Positions 18,455-29,082 of a DNA stretch of 64,000 bases are shown here, in pieces. The notes below the pieces were generated by a model. That model had not been told where the DNA came from. It worked only from the letters and a program-made list of their open reading frames with translations, and did not search any database. Numbering within the stretch: the stretch's first letter is position 1; every line of letters starts with the position of its first letter. The translations under genes were made by a program, and so were the position numbers. The stretch comes from an uncultured Alphaproteobacteria bacterium (GTDB taxonomy: Bacteria; Pseudomonadota; Alphaproteobacteria; Rickettsiales; UBA998), in assembly GCA_963803575.1 (NCBI GenBank), contig CAWDMW010000002.1, forward strand, positions 799,509 to 863,508, read 5' to 3'.

Positions 18455-19639
18455 ATGATTTACTCCCATTCAAGTCGCCATGATAGTTATATTTTTACCA
18501 GTGAATCCGTATCCGAGGGACACCCTGATAAAGTATGCGATCAAATTTCTGATGCGATACTGGACGCATTTATTCGCGAAAATCCTTATGCACGTGGTGC
18601 GATAGAGGTACTTGCTACAACCAATCATTTAACGATTGCGGGTGAGTATCGCGGAGTTAATATGAGTCGTAATGATATTAATGAGGTTGCACATCAGGTG
18701 GTGCGTGACATTGGCTATTATCAAAAAGGCTTTAGCTGGAACAACATGCAGGTCATTAATTTACTGCACGAACAGTCCGTTGATATTGCGCAAGGAGTTG
18801 ATGAAGCTCAGGATAAGCAGGAAGGTGCTGGGGATCAGGGAATTATGTTTGGCTTTGCCTGCGATGAAACCGATAATTACATGCCAGCCCCTATCTGCTA
18901 CGCCAATGCTATTTTAAAGCGCCTTTCTGTTGGACGTCACGCGGGTGACTATGATGCACTAAAGCCCGATGCTAAAAGTCAGGTGTCACTGGTTTATGAA
19001 GATGGTAAACCTGTACGTGTCGCTTCATTGGTTGTTTCAACGCAGCATAGCGAAGATGCGACTCAAGGCCATATTCGGTCTTTGGTGAAAGAGGCGATTA
19101 CCGATGTGATTCCATCAGACTGGATGTGTGATGATGAGAAAATCTATATTAATCCAACAGGCAAATTTGTGATTGGGGGGCCTGATGGAGATGCCGGGCT
19201 GACCGGGCGTAAAATTATTGTTGATACGTATGGGGGTGCTGCGCCACATGGGGGTGGAGCGTTTTCTGGTAAAGACCCAACTAAAGTTGACCGTTCAGCA
19301 GCATATATGGCGCGCTATCTGGCTAAAAATGTTGTAGCTGCCGGACTTGCCAAACGCTGCACCATTCAACTTTCTTACGCGATTGGTGTATCTTATCCGA
19401 TCTCTTTTTATGTCAATACAGAAAACACGGCCACCATTGAAGAGGTACGCATTGAAACTATGCTCAAAGAATTGGTTGATTTGTCCCCCAGTGGTATTCG
19501 CAAGCATTTACGATTAAATCAGCCTATCTATTTGCCAACAGCATCTTACGGCCATTTTGGTCGCACCCCACGTGAGGATGGATGCTTTTCATGGGAAGCA
19601 CTCGATTTAGTAGAGAAGTTAACAGCAGCCGCGCATTAG
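18455..19639 (+). CDS. metK: S-adenosylmethionine synthetase
   Basis: [37 protein letters not shown] and [19 protein letters not shown] are canonical MetK motifs. Confidence 0.95.
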   Translation: MIYSHSSRHDSYIFTSESVSEGHPDKVCDQISDAILDAFIRENPYARGAIEVLATTNHLTIAGEYRGVNMSRNDINEVAHQVVRDIGYYQKGFSWNNMQVINLLHEQSVDIAQGVDEAQDKQEGAGDQGIMFGFACDETDNYMPAPICYANAILKRLSVGRHAGDYDALKPDAKSQVSLVYEDGKPVRVASLVVSTQHSEDATQGHIRSLVKEAITDVIPSDWMCDDEKIYINPTGKFVIGGPDGDAGLTGRKIIVDTYGGAAPHGGGAFSGKDPTKVDRSAAYMARYLAKNVVAAGLAKRCTIQLSYAIGVSYPISFYVNTENTATIEEVRIETMLKELVDLSPSGIRKHLRLNQPIYLPTASYGHFGRTPREDGCFSWEALDLVEKLTAAAH

Positions 19640-19651
19640 TGTCAACACGCC

Positions 19652-20593
19652 CTAGTGACTTGACTTTATATCTGAGAGATTACCTGCCAGATTTGCCTGA
19701 TTACATGCATCAGCCAGATGCTTGATGTCCACAGATGTGTAGCGTTGCGTCGAAGACAGGCTGGCATGCCCCAGTAATGTTTGAATGTCGCGCAACCCCC
19801 CGCCGCGTTCCAGCAAGTGTGTTGCGTAGCTATGGCGAAGTGCATGAGGCGTCAGGTGTGCGGGGAGGTGGATTTGTGTGCGGATGGACTGAATGGAACG
19901 GGCAAGCATTGCTGGTTGCAGACGTTTACCTCGTTTTCCATAAAATAATACATCCCCTGATGTTTCATATGGGCAGGCATGATTGTACTTATCAATGGCA
20001 TCCAGCACTACGGGTAAGATGGGTACCTGCCGTGGTTTGTTGCCTTTTCCTACGATGCGGATAGTTTGTTCCAGGCGTGATATATCTCGTATGGTCAGTG
20101 ATAAAGCCTCGCTAATGCGTAATCCACATCCATAGAGCAGTAATGCACATGCTTTGTCACGCAGGCCAACCCAATGCTCTCTGGGCAAGCACTGCAATTC
20201 TTGCAGTAATTGATGAATATCGGTGACTGCCACCGAACGTGGTATAGGGGTATGTGATTTGGGCGGCCTAACGGACAGTACGGCACTCATATTCATCTCA
20301 TGCTGCGCTTCCAGATACCGAAAGAATTGCTTAATGGCAGAGAGTGAGCGCCTGACAGAACTCGGATGATAAGCCTTTCGGTGTTTTTCAGCCAACCACG
20401 CACGCACATCACGACGCTGACATATGCCAAGGTTTGTTAGATTAATATCACACCCCATATGCGTTTGCAGAAATGCCAGAAATTGCACGACATCATGACG
20501 GTAATTTGTGATGGTATGGGGGGAAGCGCGATTAAGGGTATGCAGTGAGGTTAGCCAGTGATTAAGTGCATCCTGCAACTCTGCATGTAGCAT
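19652..20593 (-). CDS. xerC: tyrosine recombinase XerC
   Basis: Phage-integrase fold with the catalytic residues (GLRISEAL, HALRHSYATHLL, LLGHASLSSTQRYTSV). It sits directly downstream of a DUF484 gene, as xerC typically does. Confidence 0.75.
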   Translation of the reverse strand: MLHAELQDALNHWLTSLHTLNRASPHTITNYRHDVVQFLAFLQTHMGCDINLTNLGICQRRDVRAWLAEKHRKAYHPSSVRRSLSAIKQFFRYLEAQHEMNMSAVLSVRPPKSHTPIPRSVAVTDIHQLLQELQCLPREHWVGLRDKACALLLYGCGLRISEALSLTIRDISRLEQTIRIVGKGNKPRQVPILPVVLDAIDKYNHACPYETSGDVLFYGKRGKRLQPAMLARSIQSIRTQIHLPAHLTPHALRHSYATHLLERGGGLRDIQTLLGHASLSSTQRYTSVDIKHLADACNQANLAGNLSDIKSSH

Positions 20594-21345
20594 TATAATA
20601 GACCAGCCTGTTCATCCAGACACTGATCTAGTCGCACCGCAACAATATCACTCAGGAACTGTAACAACCCTGTTCCCTGACCAGACTGAAAACGGGCTGA
20701 TTGTCGCGTGCCAAACGCAAGCACGGCGTAACGATCTGTTGAAGGAAGATGCAGGCGCATATAGGCAGCAGATACCGCCAAGTCACCACACTCATGAAAA
20801 AATATTTTCAGTGGCCATTGAATGTCTTGCGCACTATCTGCAACCAGACTAACTTTTTGGCTGTCCTGAAATAACTCACGAGACGCCCCTACGGGGATAA
20901 AGACCATACCAGAATAATGATTTTCCGGGTAATAGCTTTCATATAACCCACCCATATCGCTTTCCAAACCAAGCCTGATAACATCCACATTAAATGTCTG
21001 GACAAATTCCATGCATAAACATTCCAGCAATTGTTCCAATGTACGGGTTTTGACCAGTTGCAACACGGCTTGTTGCACTTGCGCCTGCATACGATAATTA
21101 TCGCGCGCCACTTCAACCACCTGACCATAGGTATGTTTCGCATCCTGCACACATTGCTGCAAATGCTGTATGGAATATTGCTGAAAGTCGATGACGGTTT
21201 TACCAGTGTGATGTGCAGGAGGGTTAAGCCATTCAATGGCATGGGGATGCTGTTGCAAGAAATCGGGATGCTGGCTAAGGTAATCTAATACTTCCTCAGC
21301 AGTAAGGTTGTGTTTATCCTGCATGGATGCCGTATGTTCTGTCAT
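20593..21345 (-). CDS. DUF484 family protein
   Basis: N-terminus AEEVLDYLSQHPDFLQQHPHAIEWL with a GAF-like C-terminal half. Conserved partnership with xerC. Confidence 0.7.
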   Translation of the reverse strand: MTEHTASMQDKHNLTAEEVLDYLSQHPDFLQQHPHAIEWLNPPAHHTGKTVIDFQQYSIQHLQQCVQDAKHTYGQVVEVARDNYRMQAQVQQAVLQLVKTRTLEQLLECLCMEFVQTFNVDVIRLGLESDMGGLYESYYPENHYSGMVFIPVGASRELFQDSQKVSLVADSAQDIQWPLKIFFHECGDLAVSAAYMRLHLPSTDRYAVLAFGTRQSARFQSGQGTGLLQFLSDIVAVRLDQCLDEQAGLL

Positions 21346-21855
21346 AGCATCTATGATGACGGATGCAGGGCATATGATGCAAGAAAAAAGCTATCGCAAA
21401 TGCCAATACGCCCTGATATTAGGTGACGTGAAGATACAAACAGGTATGTGTATGAGCATTGTGCAATATCGCTCGCAGGTAACGCGCATGAATATGTAAG
21501 CTACACACCGTTTTGTGCGTGATAGAGAGCAGGTCAAACCATTCATTCCCGTCCGGTGAACCTTGCAGACACATGCAGGCACCATCAAAAACGCCCCACC
21601 CATATATGCTGTGTAGGTAAGCATAATTATCTTCGATCGGGCTAATGCCATTATGAGTGGTTGCATGAAATAACTGCATGGATGCATGTTATGATGTAAT
21701 GGTAAAGGTTGGAAGTGACTAAGGCGTGTTAGCACTAACGACTATAGCGTGCTGCATTTCTGCGTTTCCGGTGCTCATGTACCTGAAAGCACACTCCGCT
21801 ATAGTTCTCGCAACCTGTTATTTTCGCTATGCTTTAGCGTTAGTGTCAACATGCT

Positions 21856-24800
21856 CTACGTTACTTTATGCCATAAAGCAGATAAAGCGGCCTGAATATC
21901 ATCCACCGCCATCAGCAGGCATGGAATGAGCAGTAAGATAATAGGTGTAGCGAATAAAATACCTGTGGCCAGTGACACGACCATGGGAATCAGGAATTGC
22001 GCCTGTATGCTGGTTTCCAGCAACATAGGCAGGAGTCCTAGACAGGTACTTAATGTTGTTAGCAAAATAGGGCGGAAGCGACGACGAATAGCGGCAATGG
22101 CGCTGTCATAGGTGTTATACCCTTCGCGCTTTTGCTGATTCAGATAATCCACCAGAACCACACTATCATTAATCACCACACCTGAAAGCGCAACAATACC
22201 AAACATGGAAATAAAGGTTAAATCATGCCCAAGCAGGAAATGGCCAAGAATCGCGCCAAATACACCAAACGGAATGGCAATCATGATGATGAAAGGCTGT
22301 ACATAACTGCGTAATTGTGAACCAAGCAAAACAAAAATAATCAGTAGAGCAATGAGCATATTGTTCATCAGGCTTTGTAAATCTTCTGATTGTTCCCGAC
22401 TTTCGCCTTCATAACGATAATCCAACCCGGGATAACGCGTCTGTAATTGTGGCAAGACATCGCTGTTTAATATCTCCATAACCCGATTAGGCGTGGTTAC
22501 GGCATAATCGACATCACCGTTGACGGAAATAACGCGACGACCATCAACAGACTCAATAACGGAATATCCTTGTTGTTCGCGAATGGTGGCAATTTGTGAC
22601 AAAGGAACCTCTGATCCATCAGCCAGACGGATACGGGCATTTTGCAAGGATTCCAGACTGTCACGCTCGGCTTCAGGGTAGCGTACATAGACAATCACTT
22701 CAAAGCGTCCACGTTGAAAGCGTTGTGCTTCCAGTCCAAAGAAAGCGCCACGCAATTGTTGACCAAGTTGCAGGGGTGTCAAGCCAACGGCAAGTCCTTG
22801 CGCATTTAGCTCAAAAACATATTCGGTTTTGCCCGGCTCGTAACTGTCAGACACTTCCTTCGTGCCTTCAATAGCGGCGAGTTGTTGCTTTAACCATTCA
22901 GACGCTTCATTCAATGTTTCATCATTGCGGTGGGTGAGTTCGATAGTTATGTCAGGATTGTCGCCAATTAGTGAACTTTGCAGTTCTAGTTTCTCGATAT
23001 TAGGCAGATCAATAATACGTTTGCGTATAGCTGATTCAATGTCAGCTGCGGATACCTGACGTTCGCCAGATGGAACCAGTTTAACGATGAGCTGGCCAAC
23101 ATTACTACTGGCGGTATAACTGTTATTGCCGGGGCCAGCAGCGCCACTACCCGAGGTTTGCCCGATAGTCAAAGCAATGCTTTCAAACACCTTCTGGTCA
23201 TATTGAGTGTGCATGGTGTCTTTGACTGCCATCGTACTGCTTTCAATCGCCAGTAATGTCTCTTCGGTCGTTGAGAAGGGAGTGCCTTGCGGCATAGTGA
23301 CGCTGATGGTGACGCGATCTCCTTCTATTTGCGGGAAGAAAATAAAGCGCATAATACCGGATTGCATCAGGCTGGCAATGATAATTCCAATAGCAACAAA
23401 TACGGCAATCGTCACATACCGCCAGATGATGCAGCGATGGGCAAAAGGCACCAACCAGTGGTCAGTGAAGTGCTGCAGTCCACCAGAGAAGCGATCACGG
23501 ATACGTGCGACAATGCCACGGCTCCATTCCCCGGGTGTGCTAAGGTGTGCGGGTAAAATAAAATATGCCTCAATTAATGAAACAAACAAGATGGCAATAA
23601 CCACCATTGGAATAACCTGAATAATCTGGCCAAGTGTTCCTGTGCTTAAAATAAGCGGCGCGAAAGCGGCCATCGTGGTTGCAACACCAATAGTGACGGG
23701 GGCAATAATTGCTTTGACGCCTCGCAGTGCCGCAAAACGATCATTCGGTGCGTGCTTTTGGGCATCGTAAATGCTCTCACCCGTGACAATACCGTCATCA
23801 ACCACAATCCCAAGCACCACAATCAAGGCAAACAACGAAATCATGTTCAGACTCAGCCCCATAAAGTAGATAATCATTAATCCACCCAGAAATGAGATAG
23901 GTATGGCAGCGCTTGTCCAGAAAGCCAGCTTAAGATCAAGAAATAATAATAATATCAGAAATACCAGCATAAACCCTAGCAAGGCATTTTGCATCATCAG
24001 GCTCATACGATCCGTCAGGCTGCGGGTTTCATCCCGACTGATGGTAATGTGCAATCCTTTGGGCAAGGTGACTTGCTCAAGATACGTTTTGACTTTGTTG
24101 GCAATGGTAAGCGTATCATCTGACTCGCTACGTTTTACATCAATAAAAGCAGCACGTTCCCCATTATACTGACTGATAAGATGTGTATCGGTGAAGCCAT
24201 CGATAACGGTACCAATATCGCCTATAGTTAAAACAGAACCATCAGGCAAGGTACGCAACATGATGCTGGAAAATTCTTCGCCCGTATAACGCTTTTCCTG
24301 CACACGTAGCAAAATATCTCCCTGACGCGATTCAACCGTGCCAGCAGGAATATCGGCAGAAAACTGACGAATACGTTGCTGTACATCGCTTAAGCCTAGC
24401 CCATATTTTTGCAAGGCTTCTTCAGATATTTCAATGGATATTTGATAGTCACGTATGCCACGAGTGGCGGTAAGTGCGACACCATTTAGCTGGCGTATTT
24501 CATCTTCAATGGTTTCTGTCCAGTGTTTAATGGTACGTTCATCTGCATCCCCATGAATAGCCAGTGTCAGTACGTTGGGTGTGACACGTACTTTGCGAAT
24601 TAAAGGACGCTCTGCATCTTCCGGTGGGAAGTCGGCTAAGCTATTGACGGCTGTTTCTACATCATTATAGACATCATCTGCGTTGGCAAAGTCTTCCACT
24701 TCCACACTGATGGTGCCGGAACCTTCTGATGCCGTGGACGAAATCCGGTCTACCCCCTCAATGCCTACCAGTGCTTCTTCCACACGGTTGGTGACAGAGT

Positions 24801-25014
24801 CATTAATCTCGTAAGGGGTGGAGCCGGGATAGGCCACACTTACCACAATCAGGCGTGGGTCAATGGTTGGGAATGTCTCTGTTCGAATCGATGAGAGTGT
24901 AACAATGCCACCAATAATAAACAGCAGCATGATAATGTTGGCAGCCACATGGTTTTGAGCAAACCACGCAATCATACCACGAGGGGGATCATCTTCTGGA
25001 GTATGCTTTGTCAT
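21856..25014 (-). CDS. RND efflux transporter permease (AcrB/HAE family)
   Basis: 1052 aa with a 12-TM/two-large-loop layout. N-terminus IAWFAQNHVAANIIMLLFIIGG is typical of AcrB-type pumps. Confidence 0.9.
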   Translation of the reverse strand: MTKHTPEDDPPRGMIAWFAQNHVAANIIMLLFIIGGIVTLSSIRTETFPTIDPRLIVVSVAYPGSTPYEINDSVTNRVEEALVGIEGVDRISSTASEGSGTISVEVEDFANADDVYNDVETAVNSLADFPPEDAERPLIRKVRVTPNVLTLAIHGDADERTIKHWTETIEDEIRQLNGVALTATRGIRDYQISIEISEEALQKYGLGLSDVQQRIRQFSADIPAGTVESRQGDILLRVQEKRYTGEEFSSIMLRTLPDGSVLTIGDIGTVIDGFTDTHLISQYNGERAAFIDVKRSESDDTLTIANKVKTYLEQVTLPKGLHITISRDETRSLTDRMSLMMQNALLGFMLVFLILLLFLDLKLAFWTSAAIPISFLGGLMIIYFMGLSLNMISLFALIVVLGIVVDDGIVTGESIYDAQKHAPNDRFAALRGVKAIIAPVTIGVATTMAAFAPLILSTGTLGQIIQVIPMVVIAILFVSLIEAYFILPAHLSTPGEWSRGIVARIRDRFSGGLQHFTDHWLVPFAHRCIIWRYVTIAVFVAIGIIIASLMQSGIMRFIFFPQIEGDRVTISVTMPQGTPFSTTEETLLAIESSTMAVKDTMHTQYDQKVFESIALTIGQTSGSGAAGPGNNSYTASSNVGQLIVKLVPSGERQVSAADIESAIRKRIIDLPNIEKLELQSSLIGDNPDITIELTHRNDETLNEASEWLKQQLAAIEGTKEVSDSYEPGKTEYVFELNAQGLAVGLTPLQLGQQLRGAFFGLEAQRFQRGRFEVIVYVRYPEAERDSLESLQNARIRLADGSEVPLSQIATIREQQGYSVIESVDGRRVISVNGDVDYAVTTPNRVMEILNSDVLPQLQTRYPGLDYRYEGESREQSEDLQSLMNNMLIALLIIFVLLGSQLRSYVQPFIIMIAIPFGVFGAILGHFLLGHDLTFISMFGIVALSGVVINDSVVLVDYLNQQKREGYNTYDSAIAAIRRRFRPILLTTLSTCLGLLPMLLETSIQAQFLIPMVVSLATGILFATPIILLLIPCLLMAVDDIQAALSALWHKVT

Positions 25015-26180
25015 GGCGTGCCTTTATCAGAGGTTTCCTGCAGTGCTTTAGGTGTTTCAGCGTTGTCCTTTTGCTTAACCTGCATTCCGGCAACCGCCCC
25101 ACTTAAGCGGCTGGTGACCACGTTAACAGTATCGCTGGCATTGGGCACAACGATATGACGGTCATCTGAATAGAGACTGGTGACATCCAGTTCATATAAC
25201 TCATGTTTGTTATTAATGCCCCATACGGTGCCATCCTTTTGTCGTGCGCTGGCAGGAATAAGCCATACGTTAGAGAGTGTTTCTCCTTTGACGAGTATGT
25301 GAGAAAATAGCCCGGGAAGGAGTGATTTAGGCATGTTTTTAAAGCCTAAGCGTACGGTCGCAAAGCGTGTTTGAGCATCCAGTAATGCCGCGCCACGTTT
25401 AATGTATCCTTCATGCGTAAATGTCTCGCCTAAGAATGTGGTGTCTATGGTAATGGCTGGGTTATCTGTCTGGAGTAGCCAGTCCAGTTGCTGGTCATTC
25501 AATGATGCCTGCACTTCCAGTGAGGCAAGTGCAAACACGGTGCCATAACTTTGGCCTGCTGTGACATATTGTCCGGCATCAACATTGCTTTCAACCACTT
25601 TGCCGTCAAAGGGAAAGCGGACATCCGTGCGTTTCAGGCTTAGCTCTGCTTTACCGAGATTCGCTTTAGCCGCGTCCAGTGCTGCTTGCGCCTCCGCAAG
25701 TTGGGGTGTACGAGCCACCAGTGCTGGTGCAGGTTTATCTGGATTAAGCTGACGCCATTCTGCCAGTGCTGCATCAGCTTCCGCTTGTTGCAGGTCTAAT
25801 GCGGTGCGTGCTTGCGCTACATCTGCCCTGCGCTGCTCGACATCATAGCGGTAGTCGCGATCATCAATACGAAACACGGTTTGATTTTTGTGAAAGGTAC
25901 CACCATCATGGAATTGTGGATGCACATAGGTAACCCGACCGCTTACCTGTGGCACCACATTCACATCGGCTTGTGCCTGTACGGTACCGGTTGTATCAAA
26001 TTGAACCCGATGATCTGATGGCTGTACTGTCTCCATAGATACATACACATCACGTATATCATTATTACGTGTGAGTTCTGTTTTGCCGAGCGCCTTCAGC
26101 GCATAAGACACACCAAGGGATCCGGCAATAAAGAGTATCACCAGGAAAAGTTGCAGGCGGCCTTTATATATATCGTTCAT
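25011..26180 (-). CDS. RND efflux periplasmic adaptor (MFP/HlyD family)
   Basis: N-terminal anchor, coiled-coil hairpin (AQARTALDLQQAEADAALAEW...AQAALDAAKANLGKAELSLKRT) and beta-barrel. 4-nt overlap with the pump gene. Confidence 0.85.
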   Translation of the reverse strand: MNDIYKGRLQLFLVILFIAGSLGVSYALKALGKTELTRNNDIRDVYVSMETVQPSDHRVQFDTTGTVQAQADVNVVPQVSGRVTYVHPQFHDGGTFHKNQTVFRIDDRDYRYDVEQRRADVAQARTALDLQQAEADAALAEWRQLNPDKPAPALVARTPQLAEAQAALDAAKANLGKAELSLKRTDVRFPFDGKVVESNVDAGQYVTAGQSYGTVFALASLEVQASLNDQQLDWLLQTDNPAITIDTTFLGETFTHEGYIKRGAALLDAQTRFATVRLGFKNMPKSLLPGLFSHILVKGETLSNVWLIPASARQKDGTVWGINNKHELYELDVTSLYSDDRHIVVPNASDTVNVVTSRLSGAVAGMQVKQKDNAETPKALQETSDKGTP

Positions 26181-26201
26181 ATAATGTCTGTCACGTAGAT
26201 G

Positions 26202-27674
26202 TTAGGTGCATGTTGGTTGTATGTCGGCATTCGTATCTTCAAACCAGTCTCCCCCCAATGCCAGATATAACGCGGTACGGTTATTCCAGAGTTGTTGTGA
26301 TGTGCGTAATAATTGCTGCTGCGCTGCGTAATGCAACCTCTGTGTTTCCAGCCTATCACGTAAATCACGAATCCCAATGCCGTAACGTTTGGTTGAAAAA
26401 GTATCTGTCTGTTCCAGATTTTGTGCAGAGAGCTTTAAACGATCAATCTCTTTACGAAGTAGTCCGTCATGATGCATGGCTGTTTCCACTTCTCGCAAAG
26501 CCTGCAAAATGACGTTGCTATAGCTTGCGGCCATTTCCTGTGCTTCTGCTTCACGTAAACGGATATTGGCACGCAACGCACCACCTTCAAACAAGCGTGT
26601 TGTCAGGCTGGAAATAAACGCACCAGCCAATTGTTGCGTGTCAATTAACGTTTCAACCGTGTTGCTGTTAAAGCCAATATTGCCGCTAAGGGTAAGACCC
26701 GGATACAGATCTGCAATAGCAACCCCGATATTTGCATTTGCTGCTTTCAGGCGCAATTCTGAAGCGCGTATATCAGGTCTGCGATCCAGCAAATGTGCAG
26801 GCATACAGGCGGGTATGGGTTCCGGTGGCGGCATGAGCGGGAGGGTGGTATGCATTGTTTTCGGGGTTCCCGGGGCTTTGCCAAGCAACACATCCATCTG
26901 ATAGTACTGTTCCTGAAGTGTACGTTTCTGGCTGAAATAATCCGCCTCAACAGAGGTGATGTTTTCTTCTGCCAGATACACATCACTTAACGTCACATTC
27001 TGCACACCCAGATCATAGCGGCGGCGTACGGTGTCATAAAGCAAACGTCGGTTTTTGACAGTGTCTTCTGCCAGTGCAACCAGACGGGATGTAGTGGAAA
27101 TCGCCACGCGTGTATCCAGCAGTTGCACAATCAGGCTTTGCATGAGCGCTTCCCGGTCATAAGCAGCAGATAATGACAATGCTTCAGCCGCTTCTTTTGC
27201 GCGTCGAATACGGCCGAACAAATCTAATTGCCAGGATACATTGGCCTGAGCGCTATAATTTGTAGCATAAATACGCTCTGGTGGCGCAAAGCCTCCCAAA
27301 ATGCCTCCTCCCTGCACGACAGGTGGAATCATGTTACGGGATGATCCTATATCTGCGCTAATGGCTGGATATAAAGTGCTTCCGCTAATGGTGGCTTGTG
27401 CCTGTGCTTGTGTAATACGCGCCGCAGCTTCCTGCAATGATGGGTTGCCCTGCATGAGCATATCGGTATATTTTGCCATTAGCGGGTCATTTAGTCTTTC
27501 CCACCAGTGATTCATGCTACCTGCTTCATCAGTGTCAGCGCTGTTAATGTAATGCTCATGGGCTGCAACGGCTGGTTGCTTGGGGCGCACGTAATCATCC
27601 CCTACCATACATGCAGGCAGTAGGAATAATAGGGTAATAGATATAACTATGTGGCAGCGCATCATATTCTTCAT
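26202..27674 (-). CDS. efflux outer-membrane factor lipoprotein (NodT/OprM family)
   Basis: Lipobox LLFLLPAC after the start at M16 (27674). Two TolC-like repeats. The C-terminus ALYLALGGDW is typical of NodT-family OMFs. Confidence 0.85.
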   Translation of the reverse strand: MKNMMRCHIVISITLLFLLPACMVGDDYVRPKQPAVAAHEHYINSADTDEAGSMNHWWERLNDPLMAKYTDMLMQGNPSLQEAAARITQAQAQATISGSTLYPAISADIGSSRNMIPPVVQGGGILGGFAPPERIYATNYSAQANVSWQLDLFGRIRRAKEAAEALSLSAAYDREALMQSLIVQLLDTRVAISTTSRLVALAEDTVKNRRLLYDTVRRRYDLGVQNVTLSDVYLAEENITSVEADYFSQKRTLQEQYYQMDVLLGKAPGTPKTMHTTLPLMPPPEPIPACMPAHLLDRRPDIRASELRLKAANANIGVAIADLYPGLTLSGNIGFNSNTVETLIDTQQLAGAFISSLTTRLFEGGALRANIRLREAEAQEMAASYSNVILQALREVETAMHHDGLLRKEIDRLKLSAQNLEQTDTFSTKRYGIGIRDLRDRLETQRLHYAAQQQLLRTSQQLWNNRTALYLALGGDWFEDTNADIQPTCT

Positions 27675-27761
27675 GTATAAAGCACAGAACGTATAATAGA
27701 TATGGAAGAAACATGACAATCTGTTACACCGCTCTAGCGCGATAATCTTTATGTTACTCCT

Positions 27762-28412
27762 ATGACACGTACCTTAACCAAACCTTCTATTGCTACAGTA
27801 TTTGCCCGCTTTGCCGCGCATGAACCAAGCCCCGTGACGGAGTTGCACGCGCCCAATGAGTTTTGTTTGCTCATTTCCATTGTGTTATCCGCGCAAGCAA
27901 CGGATGTATCCGTTAATAAAGCAACAGTTGCATTATACGCCGTGGCGGATGACCCGCATCGTATGCTTGCTTTGGGAGAGGAGGGGCTAAAAGGTTATAT
28001 TAAAACCATTGGGCTGTATAATAGTAAGGCAAAGAATGTCATCGCGTTATGCCATAAACTCTTAAACGAATATGACGGAATCATTCCTGAAACACGTGAT
28101 GCGTTGCAAACATTACCCGGTGTTGGACGAAAAACTGCCAATGTATGGCTTAATTGTGCGCGTAATCAACCGTTGATGGCTGTTGACACGCATGTCTTTC
28201 GCGTGGCTAACCGAACCGGATTGGTGCAGGCAAAAAACGTACGTGAATGCGAAGATCAGTTGATGGAGTGCATCCCGCCAGAGTATTTACTCCACGCACA
28301 TCACTGGCTGATATTGCATGGCAGATATACATGCAAAGCACGCACACCCTTATGCGGTAACTGCCTTATCGCGGATATATGCACCTACAGCGATAAACTA
28401 TTACCCGATTAA
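27762..28412 (+). CDS. nth: endonuclease III
   Basis: HhH-GPD motif LPGVGRKTANVWL, catalytic Lys/Asp region, and a C-terminal 4Fe-4S cluster loop C-x6-C-x2-C-x5-C (CKARTPLCGNCLIADIC). Confidence 0.9.
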   Translation: MTRTLTKPSIATVFARFAAHEPSPVTELHAPNEFCLLISIVLSAQATDVSVNKATVALYAVADDPHRMLALGEEGLKGYIKTIGLYNSKAKNVIALCHKLLNEYDGIIPETRDALQTLPGVGRKTANVWLNCARNQPLMAVDTHVFRVANRTGLVQAKNVRECEDQLMECIPPEYLLHAHHWLILHGRYTCKARTPLCGNCLIADICTYSDKLLPD

Positions 28413-28422
28413 TATATATCGG

Positions 28423-29082
28423 TTAGGCCGCTTTCCAACGGGTAAGCACATCATCCAGCACAATATCTGCGAAGGCGGGATAAACCATATCTGCCTGTGC
28501 CAGTACGGTGTCATCACCGATACCCACCGCAAACATCTTCGCTGATTTAATTGCCTGTACCCCTGCTGCAGCGTCCTCTACACCAATACACTGGTCGGAT
28601 GTTGTGTCAAACGCGTTGACCACGTCTAAAAACACGTCAGGTGCAGGTTTACTGTTAGGGATGGTGGCTGCATCAGCGACATAATCAAACATATGCGTGA
28701 GTTCCAGACTATCTAGCACCATCAGTGCGTTCTTGCTGGCGGATGCCAGTCCAATCTTATGCCCATTGTTTCTCAGTGTTTGCAGCAAATGATTCACTCC
28801 CGGCAGCGTATCTTTCGGACTCATATCTGCGATGGACGCGACATAATCTTCATTCTTCTGATGCATCAGGGCGGTGATGCGTTCTTCGCTATAGTGATTG
28901 TCATCTTTCGCTAGAATATATTCCAGTGATTCACGACGTCCCACGCCTTTAAGGGCTTCATTGTCGTCATGTGTGAAATCTATGTCCAGACTGGTAGCTA
29001 AACGCTTCCATGCCCGGTAATGATATTCTGCAGTGTCAGTAATGACACCATCAAGATCAAAGATAAATGCGGGGTTAGCCAT
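28423..29082 (-). CDS. pgmB: beta-phosphoglucomutase (HAD family)
   Basis: FIFDLDGVITDTAEYHYRAWKRLA is HAD motif I with the beta-PGM context. GLASASKN and GVEDAAAGVQA are also present. 8-nt overlap with the GH65 gene. Confidence 0.8.
   Translation of the reverse strand: MANPAFIFDLDGVITDTAEYHYRAWKRLATSLDIDFTHDDNEALKGVGRRESLEYILAKDDNHYSEERITALMHQKNEDYVASIADMSPKDTLPGVNHLLQTLRNNGHKIGLASASKNALMVLDSLELTHMFDYVADAATIPNSKPAPDVFLDVVNAFDTTSDQCIGVEDAAAGVQAIKSAKMFAVGIGDDTVLAQADMVYPAFADIVLDDVLTRWKAA

Noticed and set aside
21391-21735. 114-aa and 86-aa overlapping minus-strand ORFs in the DUF484/RND spacer
   Set aside because: There is no RBS, the sequence is odd (His/Cys/Thr-rich tails), and the two frames overlap each other. 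I did not call them as genes and flagged the region only as a possible gene remnant.
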